NCBI GenBank assembly: GCA_049325335.1 | Contig: JBMOMC010000001.1 | Location: 32,001 to 96,000, forward strand | Reading direction: 5' to 3' | Length of the DNA stretch: 64,000 bases | Source: Nitrospirota bacterium | GTDB lineage: Bacteria; Nitrospirota; Nitrospiria; 2-01-FULL-66-17 | Shown: positions 57,708 to 64,000 of the stretch, piece after piece | How the letters are laid out: every line of letters begins with the position of its first letter | Position numbering within the stretch: the stretch's first letter is position 1 | The notes under the pieces: generated by a model | What the model was told of the DNA's origin: nothing | Databases searched by the model: none | Seen by the model: only the letters and a program-made list of their open reading frames with translations | Program-made: the position numbers and the translations under genes

Positions 57708-58256
57708 ATGGGAAGAGTCCACGATCACATCGACGATGCCCTCGCGGCCTGGATCGACCAGCAACGCGTGTTCTTCGTCGCCACCGCGCCGCTTTCAGGT
57801 GACGGGCACGTCAACTGCTCGCCCAAAGGCGGCGACGCCTTCCGGGTCCTCGCCCCCCGGACCGTCGCGTACCAGGACGTGACCGGCAGCGGGGTCGAAA
57901 CCATCGCGCACCTCAAAGAAAACGGGCGCATCGTGATCATGTTCTGCGCGTTCGACGGCTCACCCACTATCCTGCGACTGTACGGCCGGGGCGAGGTCAT
58001 CGCCCCGGGACACCCGGAGTTTACCGCGTTGCTGGCTCGTTTTTCGGACCGGACCGGCACCCGCGCCCTCATCAGGGTTCACGTCACCCGCGTGTCCGAC
58101 TCATGCGGCTTTGGCGTGCCATTGTTCGACTACCGCGGCGACCGGGACGGACTCGACCAATGGGCGCAGTCAAAAGGGCTGGCCAAACTCCAAGAATACC
58201 GCGGAGAGAAAAACGCGCGCAGCATCGACGGCTTGCCGGGGCTGGATCGGACCTGA
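57708..58256 (+). CDS. Pyridoxamine 5'-phosphate oxidase-like FMN-binding protein
   Basis: FFVATAP, N.SPKG, TGSG.ET.AH..ENGR, SCG.GVP. Confidence 0.88.
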   Translation: MGRVHDHIDDALAAWIDQQRVFFVATAPLSGDGHVNCSPKGGDAFRVLAPRTVAYQDVTGSGVETIAHLKENGRIVIMFCAFDGSPTILRLYGRGEVIAPGHPEFTALLARFSDRTGTRALIRVHVTRVSDSCGFGVPLFDYRGDRDGLDQWAQSKGLAKLQEYRGEKNARSIDGLPGLDRT

Positions 58257-58730
58257 GTGCGCGCGCAAACCGTGACACACACGCGGTACGCGCTGACCTT
58301 AGGTGCCCTGACCGGGCTGTTCACCCTGCGTGTCGCCGGGCAAGGCCTTGTCGCGTTTCTCGGCGTCGAATTCCTGCCGCCGATGGAACAGTGGTATTCG
58401 GGCGTGATGCCCTACCCCATCCTGCTGCCGACCCAACTGGCGATGATCGTGGTCATGGTCGTCATCGTGGGTGATGTCGCGCGCGGCAGCGGAACGTTCG
58501 CGATGCCGCGGCGCTGGGCCGGCCCCGTGCTGCTGTGGTGTAGTTACGCATACGCCGCGGCGATGGCGGTCCGGTACGTGGTGAACATGACGCTCCACCC
58601 TGAGCGCCGTTGGTTCAGCCACACCATCCCGATCTGGTTTCACGTCGTGCTCGCCGCCTTTCTCTACACGTTGGGGCGCTACCACGTAAATTTCGCGACC
58701 CGCCCCTCCGAGTCGGGGCGGCGGCCATGA
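58257..58730 (+). CDS. Hypothetical four-TM membrane protein
   Basis: Hydrophobic; W.SG..PYP.LL motif; in the operon. Confidence 0.65.
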   Translation: MRAQTVTHTRYALTLGALTGLFTLRVAGQGLVAFLGVEFLPPMEQWYSGVMPYPILLPTQLAMIVVMVVIVGDVARGSGTFAMPRRWAGPVLLWCSYAYAAAMAVRYVVNMTLHPERRWFSHTIPIWFHVVLAAFLYTLGRYHVNFATRPSESGRRP

Positions 58731-59383
58731 GCGTGCTGGAACCGGACGTCACGTTCACGGACTACGGGTTGGCGGTGGAATGCGCGGTGCTCTCCGCTTG
58801 GGTCGTCCGTCGTGGGTCGCCGGGCGATCCGCTCCGCATCTGGCTGACCATTTTCTTCGTCACGCTCGGGCTCGCGGCCCTGACCGGCGGCACGGTCCAT
58901 GGTTTCTTCCCCGAGGAGCGGTCCCTCGGGTTTCGGATCCTGTGGTCGGTCACCTTGCTGGCGATCGGAGGCGCCGCGGTGTCGGCCTGGGCCATTGGCG
59001 CGGGGCTCGTCCTGCGGGACCGCGCGACGGCTCGGGTGATCGCGACGGCCACGGCCGTGTTTGCCGGCTACGCCGTATTGGTCCTGTTCGTCACGCAGTC
59101 CTTCGCTCTGGCCATTGCGCATTACGCGCCGTCCGCGCTCTTTCTCCTGGGCGCGTTCGCGGTCCGCTACGCGCGAACCCGCGTCCCGCACCTCGGACTC
59201 GGCATCGCAGCCGTGGCGCTCATGGTGATCGCAGCCGCGGTACAACGGCTCGGCGTGGCCCCGCATCCGGTGTATTTCAATCACAACGCGCTGTACCACG
59301 CGATCCAGGCCCTTGCATTGCTTCTGCTCTATCACGGCGTCAGGCCGCTCATTCATCCGAACATGCCGAACATGGGAGGTTGA
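58727..59383 (+). CDS. Seven-TM membrane protein (DUF6962-like; His motifs)
   Basis: EPD..TDY, GG.VHG, FNHNALYH; ATGA coupling. Confidence 0.7.
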   Translation: MSVLEPDVTFTDYGLAVECAVLSAWVVRRGSPGDPLRIWLTIFFVTLGLAALTGGTVHGFFPEERSLGFRILWSVTLLAIGGAAVSAWAIGAGLVLRDRATARVIATATAVFAGYAVLVLFVTQSFALAIAHYAPSALFLLGAFAVRYARTRVPHLGLGIAAVALMVIAAAVQRLGVAPHPVYFNHNALYHAIQALALLLLYHGVRPLIHPNMPNMGG

Positions 59384-59384
59384 C

Positions 59385-60938
59385 ATGCTCACGCGACGGA
59401 CATTCCTGGGAGTCATGGCGCACGGCGGCGCCGGACTCGCGCTGCTTCCGACCGGCTGTTCGTGGCCCGTCCGCCGCGACCGCGGCGTCTTAGTCAACGA
59501 CGTGCACGCGCAACTCAACCCTACGCGCGTGGCGCGGGTGGTCCCGGTCAATTCGCTCTCGGCGCTTCAAGGCGCCTTGGCTACGGCGCGGCAGTACGGC
59601 AAGGCCGTGAGCGTTGCCGGCGGACGACACGCCATGGGCGGGCAACAATTTGGGACCGACACCGTGCTCATCGACACGCGCCCCATGAACCGCGTCCTGG
59701 GTCTGGACATGGCCCGCGGTATCGTGGAAGTCGAAGCCGGGATTCAGTGGCCCGAGCTGGTCAACGCGTTGCTCGCTCTCCAAACCGGGGACGCGAAGCC
59801 GTGGGGCATTATCCAAAAACAGACCGGCGCCGACCGTCTCACCATCGGCGGGGCGTTGGGCGCCAACATCCACGGTCGCGGCTTGCGCCTCCGGCCCATG
59901 ATCGGCGACGTGGAATCGTTCGACCTGGTGGATGCCGGTAGCCGCGTGCTGACGTGCAGCCGCACCGAGAACGCGGAGCTGTTTCGCCTGGCCATCGGCG
60001 GATACGGCAACTTCGGAGTCATCGCGCGCGTGCGTCTCCGCCTGATGCCCCGCACCAGGCTGGAACGCGTGGTACAAGTCATCGACATCGACGAGCTCAT
60101 GCCGGCGTTGGACCACCGCATTGCCGAGGGTTTCTTGTACGGCGACTGTCAGTTCTCGATCGACACCCCGTCCGACACGTTCCTCAAGTCCGGCGTGTTT
60201 TCCTGCTACCGCCCGCTGCCGGATGACGCGTCCATGCCCGACGTGGAAAAAGAACTCGCTCCCAACGACTGGCGGGAGTTGTATTACCTCGCTCACACCG
60301 ACACGAAAAAGGCTTTCGAGCGGTACTCGTCCTACTATCTCACCACCTCGGGCCAGCGCTACTGGTCGGATACCCACCAGCTCAGCGTCTACATCGACGA
60401 CTATCACTCGGAAGTGGATCGCCGCCTGGGCGCTGCCGCCGCCGGCACCGAGATGATCACCGAGGTGTACGTCCCGCGGCCCCAACTGGGATCATTTCTC
60501 GCGGCCCTCCGGGAGGATTTCCGCCGGCACGGTGTCCAGGTCATCTACGGCACGATCCGACTGATCGAACCCGATGACGAGTCCTTTCTCGCGTGGGCCA
60601 GCGAGGCGTGGGCCTGTACCGTGATGAACCTGCATGTGACACACACCCCGGAAGGGCTGGCGCGCGCCGAAGCCGACTTTCGACGGATTATTGCCCGCGC
60701 CGTTGAACGCGGGGGCAAGTATTTCTTGACCTACCACCGGTGGGCCACCCGCGAGCAGGTCGAGGCGTGTTACCCTCAGATGCCGGAGTTCCTCCGGCTC
60801 AAACGCGAATACGACCCCGAAGAACGGTTCCAAAGCGACTGGTACCGGCACTACCGGACCATGTTCGCGTACCGCCTGTCGAGGCGCCGAACACCGACGC
60901 CGAAACCACTCGCGTCTCGTGCGTCAGAGCCGGTCTAA
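59385..60938 (+). CDS. Tat-exported FAD-linked oxidase (DprE1/aldonolactone oxidase-like)
   Basis: TRRTFL twin-Arg, possible lipobox PTGC, GGRHAMGGQ, GG.LGANIHGR, AIGGYG..GV, DP...FQS. Confidence 0.88.
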   Translation: MLTRRTFLGVMAHGGAGLALLPTGCSWPVRRDRGVLVNDVHAQLNPTRVARVVPVNSLSALQGALATARQYGKAVSVAGGRHAMGGQQFGTDTVLIDTRPMNRVLGLDMARGIVEVEAGIQWPELVNALLALQTGDAKPWGIIQKQTGADRLTIGGALGANIHGRGLRLRPMIGDVESFDLVDAGSRVLTCSRTENAELFRLAIGGYGNFGVIARVRLRLMPRTRLERVVQVIDIDELMPALDHRIAEGFLYGDCQFSIDTPSDTFLKSGVFSCYRPLPDDASMPDVEKELAPNDWRELYYLAHTDTKKAFERYSSYYLTTSGQRYWSDTHQLSVYIDDYHSEVDRRLGAAAAGTEMITEVYVPRPQLGSFLAALREDFRRHGVQVIYGTIRLIEPDDESFLAWASEAWACTVMNLHVTHTPEGLARAEADFRRIIARAVERGGKYFLTYHRWATREQVEACYPQMPEFLRLKREYDPEERFQSDWYRHYRTMFAYRLSRRRTPTPKPLASRASEPV

Positions 60939-61469
60939 GCGCTTTTTTGTCTTCCGATCGGACTTGGACAGCCGTCGCGGGTTGCCGCGTTTGTCGTGTG
61001 GATCATGTGGCCCGTCATCACCATCGCGGTCTTTGTCGGGCACGGCCCGGAGGCCGCCAGATACGTTCCCTTCGCCGGCCAGGGCATCCGCTAATCGCTG
61101 ATCAAACACCTGCGCGCCCAGCACCACGCCGCCGGACGATCGGCAGGCGTCGCGCACTTCCCGGTCGGACGACACGATCGTCCCCTGCTCGCGAAGGCGT
61201 TGCGCCAACCGGATGATCACGTCGTCGGCGCGTTCGTGCTCGGCGAACAGGACGCGCAGCCCGGCCGGAGACGCGGCGATGCCCGACGCCCGGCCCGCTG
61301 CGGTGGCGACGCCCGGCGGGAAGCCGTCGAACACCACAGTGACCGCGTGGCCTTTGAGGCGCGCGTAGCGGGCCAGTTCCGCGATGAACGCGTCGCGTTT
61401 GGCCGCCACGTCGCCGTACAGTCCGCCGCGACTCCCGATCACGTTATACCCGTCGATCACGATCTCCAC
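60924..61469 (-). CDS. NYN/YacP-like PIN-fold RNase
   Basis: IDGYN, VVFDG, ADD.I, VSSD, KRGNPRR. Confidence 0.85.
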   Translation of the reverse strand: MEIVIDGYNVIGSRGGLYGDVAAKRDAFIAELARYARLKGHAVTVVFDGFPPGVATAAGRASGIAASPAGLRVLFAEHERADDVIIRLAQRLREQGTIVSSDREVRDACRSSGGVVLGAQVFDQRLADALAGEGNVSGGLRAVPDKDRDGDDGPHDPHDKRGNPRRLSKSDRKTKKRLDRL

Positions 61470-61551
61470 GCGCGCCCCCACGCCGGCCCCATTGATCGGC
61501 GATGAGGCCTCATGGTACAGAAGCGCAACCGTTCCTGTCACGGAGGCTCCG

Positions 61552-62244
61552 ATGCCCAAACGCCCGCTCACACCCAGTCGCACGCCGCCCGCCACCATCG
61601 AACCCGTTCACCCCAAGATCTTCGCGTATCTGGCCGGCCTGCATCAACGCCACGACGAGCCGGTGCTGATCGAGATGGAAGCCGAGGCCGAGACGCGCGG
61701 GTTTCCCATTGTGGGCCGGGTCGTGGGGGCGTTCCTTGAAGTGATGGCGCTCAGCGTGGGCGCGAAGCGCATCTTTGAGTTCGGCAGCGGATACGGCTAC
61801 TCCGCCTATTGGTTCTCACGCGCGGTCGGCCCAGACGGCGCAGTCATCTGCACCGACGGCAAGGCCGAGAACGCCCGTCACGCCCGCTCCTACCTGGAAC
61901 GCACAGGCCGGTGGGACCGCATCGACTTTCGGGTAGGCTGGGCGCAAGACGTGTTTCAAGCCACCGACGGACAATTCGACGTGATCTACAACGACGTGGA
62001 CAAGGACGCCTATCCCGAGGTCTGGCGCCTGGCGCGCGAACGCGTCCGCCCCGGCGGGCTCTATATCGCGGACAACACGCTCTGGTATGGTCGCGTGGTG
62101 CAACAACGGGTGGTCAACGACGTGGCGCCCGGTTGGACCGAAGCGATCCGGGAACATAATCGGTTGATCGCGTCCGATCCGGACTACGACTGCTTTCTCA
62201 ATCCGATCCGTGACGGCGTGATGGTGGCAAGACGCAAAACGTGA
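61552..62244 (+). CDS. SAM-dependent O-methyltransferase
   Basis: EFGSGYGYS, DVDK, PGG..IADN.LW.G, RDG. Confidence 0.9.
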   Translation: MPKRPLTPSRTPPATIEPVHPKIFAYLAGLHQRHDEPVLIEMEAEAETRGFPIVGRVVGAFLEVMALSVGAKRIFEFGSGYGYSAYWFSRAVGPDGAVICTDGKAENARHARSYLERTGRWDRIDFRVGWAQDVFQATDGQFDVIYNDVDKDAYPEVWRLARERVRPGGLYIADNTLWYGRVVQQRVVNDVAPGWTEAIREHNRLIASDPDYDCFLNPIRDGVMVARRKT

Positions 62245-62253
62245 ACGCGCGTA

Positions 62254-62277
62254 CTTCGACAAGCTCAGCACGAACGG
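62254..62277 (+). repeat. REP-like half-unit (CTTCGACAAGCTCAGCACGAACGG)
   Basis: Matches 12184-12207. Confidence 0.7.
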
Positions 62278-62311
62278 GAAGTATAAGCTTTAGGTTTTCC
62301 GACCGCGGAGC

Positions 62312-62498
62312 GGAGCCTGTTCAGGGAAGGTCAGATGCCCCCTTCGGGGACTTCCAATAATTCGATTTTATAACGGTGGGTCGCAAGGCGGAGCGAGCGC
62401 CCGCACCGGTAGGGGCGTATGGCTATACGCCCCTACGAAACCGTGAGGAGCGGATGCGCAGCGGCAACGTAACAGATGGTCTTTCATGGACAGGCTCT
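62312..62498 (-). mobile_element. MITE-like element, copy C, with a nested GTAG REP (62409-62436)
   Basis: GGAGCCTGT...ACAGGCTC; long blocks shared with copy B; extra block shared with copy A. Confidence 0.8.
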
Positions 62499-63123
62499 AA
62501 AACACGCCGAGGCGTGTAAGGCCCGCCTCGCCTAACAGCCACAACGACGCAATATACGTCCACGCCGCCCCAGCCATCATATACCCCAGAAGGATCACCG
62601 CGCCGTCTTCCTCCATCATGCCCAAGGCGAGCAGGAGGATCGACCACGCCGGAATGGTGTTGGAAAACGGGATCGGCAACGGCAACATGAGCAGGAACGC
62701 GCTCGAAGCGATCGCCAAACCGTTGACCGCGTTGAAGCTCCACCAGTGTTTCATGAACCGCAGTCGCGGATGGATCAGTTTTTCCAAACGTTTGGCCACC
62801 GCCACCGCGCCGTTCACGATCTTGGCGAGCGTCTCGTGCGAGATTTCCCGCCGCAGCAGCCAGTCGGGCAACCACGGCCGCTGGCGCAACGCGATGCGGA
62901 AACCGAAGAACATCAGGGCGAGCCCGAACGGCGTGGACAAGCCGGGCAACGGGATCGGCTGGCAAAACGGCAACACCAAGACGATCACCAGCACGTCGAA
63001 TCCGCGGCCGTGAAGGATTTCAACGATCCGCCGCAGCGTCAACGCGTTACCCGCGGCGCGATCGAGGATGGTGCGGAGATCGTCCGACAGCTTGGTAGGG
63101 CGGTGGTCGGCTCCCGGCGTCAT
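62497..63123 (-). CDS. exoD: Exopolysaccharide synthesis ExoD-family protein
   Basis: RG...L....LPF..P.P.PG.S..FG, PWLP, LP.PF.NT.P, DG. Confidence 0.85.
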   Translation of the reverse strand: MTPGADHRPTKLSDDLRTILDRAAGNALTLRRIVEILHGRGFDVLVIVLVLPFCQPIPLPGLSTPFGLALMFFGFRIALRQRPWLPDWLLRREISHETLAKIVNGAVAVAKRLEKLIHPRLRFMKHWWSFNAVNGLAIASSAFLLMLPLPIPFSNTIPAWSILLLALGMMEEDGAVILLGYMMAGAAWTYIASLWLLGEAGLTRLGVF

Positions 63124-63181
63124 GGAACAGGCGTGCGGTGGGGCGCCCGGTTCGAGCGCCCCACACGTGGAACGCCCCTCG

Positions 63182-63883
63182 TTATTTTTTGATCGTCAAC
63201 AACTCCACGTCGAAGATCAGCGTGGCATTGGGACCGATCGTCGGGCCGGCGCCCTGCCCTCCATACGCCAGGTCGGACGGGATGAACAGTTGCCACTTGG
63301 ACCCGACCGGCATGAGTTGCAGCGCCTCGGTCCAGCCTTTGATGACCTGGTTGACCGGGAATTCGGTCGGCTCGCCGCGTTTGATCGAACTGTCGAACTC
63401 GGTGCCGTCGATCAGCGTGCCGCGGTAGTGGACGGACACCGTATCGGTCGCCTTGGGTTTGGCGCCCTTGCCCTCCTTGACCACCTTGTACTGCAACCCG
63501 CTCGGCAACGTCACCACACCCTTTTGTTTTTTGTTGTCCGCAAGAAACGCGTCGCCCTTTTTCTTGTTGTCGTCCGCGGCCTGCTGCGCGGCCGCGGCCA
63601 TACGGTTGCGTATCTCTTGTTGGAAATCCGCCAAGACTTTTCGGACCTCGTCTTCGGACAACGCGGGTTTGGCCCCGGATAATCCGTCGTTGATTCCGGC
63701 GGCCAGCGCCTTCGCGTCGAGTTCGACCGACTGTCGTTTAAAATTGGTGCCGATGTCCAACCCGATGCTGTAACTGACTTTCTCGTTATCGGTTTTCAAC
63801 GACGGTTTGCTTTGCGCCTGAGCCGCGCCCGCAAACGCCCCGACCAGAATCGCCGCCGCCACCGCCGTCCATCGCATCCGCAT
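63182..63883 (-). CDS. FKBP-type peptidyl-prolyl isomerase (FkpA/Mip type)
   Basis: Signal peptide, SYSIG, SGLQY, VHYRGTL.DG.EFDSS, VIKGWTEAL; AAGGAG RBS before 63883. Confidence 0.95.
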   Translation of the reverse strand: MRMRWTAVAAAILVGAFAGAAQAQSKPSLKTDNEKVSYSIGLDIGTNFKRQSVELDAKALAAGINDGLSGAKPALSEDEVRKVLADFQQEIRNRMAAAAQQAADDNKKKGDAFLADNKKQKGVVTLPSGLQYKVVKEGKGAKPKATDTVSVHYRGTLIDGTEFDSSIKRGEPTEFPVNQVIKGWTEALQLMPVGSKWQLFIPSDLAYGGQGAGPTIGPNATLIFDVELLTIKK

Positions 63884-64000
63884 CCGTTCTCCTTTCATTC
63901 GTCTTCTTCGTCGTTCGCCGCCCAACGCGGCGATCAAACCGCTCGTTGGCCATCCGTGTCGGCATCTGGCCGCCGAAGGCCCGCGTAATCGGGCACCACA

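Overview
High-GC bacterial chromosome segment. It is probably Nitrospirota-like, inferred from a Nitrospira-type '2M' complex I, a deltaproteobacterial-style T2SS and a LapA-LapB fusion. Contents from left to right: (1) a type II secretion operon gspCDEFGHIJNLMK, with K cut by the window edge; (2) housekeeping genes (rhomboid, gpmI, lapAB, rsfS, nadD, proAB, obgE, rpmA, rplU, hemY, rho); (3) a DsrE/F/H-TusA-DsrE2 sulfur-relay operon ending in a Bd0055-type bacterial histone, divergent from a CADD/PqqC-like diiron enzyme; (4) EamA, glmM, a tetraheme cytochrome, comEC and an M48 peptidase; (5) a lower-GC accessory island (about 33.7-39.4 kb) with two attI-like sites, cassette-like genes, a dead RelE-type toxin-antitoxin pair, an IS1182 remnant and a duplicated M48 promoter, but no integrase; (6) nuoABCD-G-IJKL-M-M-N, lacking E/F/H; (7) ktrAB and marC; (8) an ArsS radical-SAM cluster with no arsM; (9) NYN, O-methyltransferase, exoD and an FKBP. 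The most unusual signals are in-frame palindromic repeats ending exactly at pseudopilin cleavage sites, the histone in an apparently leaderless sulfur-relay operon, the integrase-free double cassette platform, and a MITE family always placed just after stop codons. All family assignments are from motif recognition by eye; no database searches were run.
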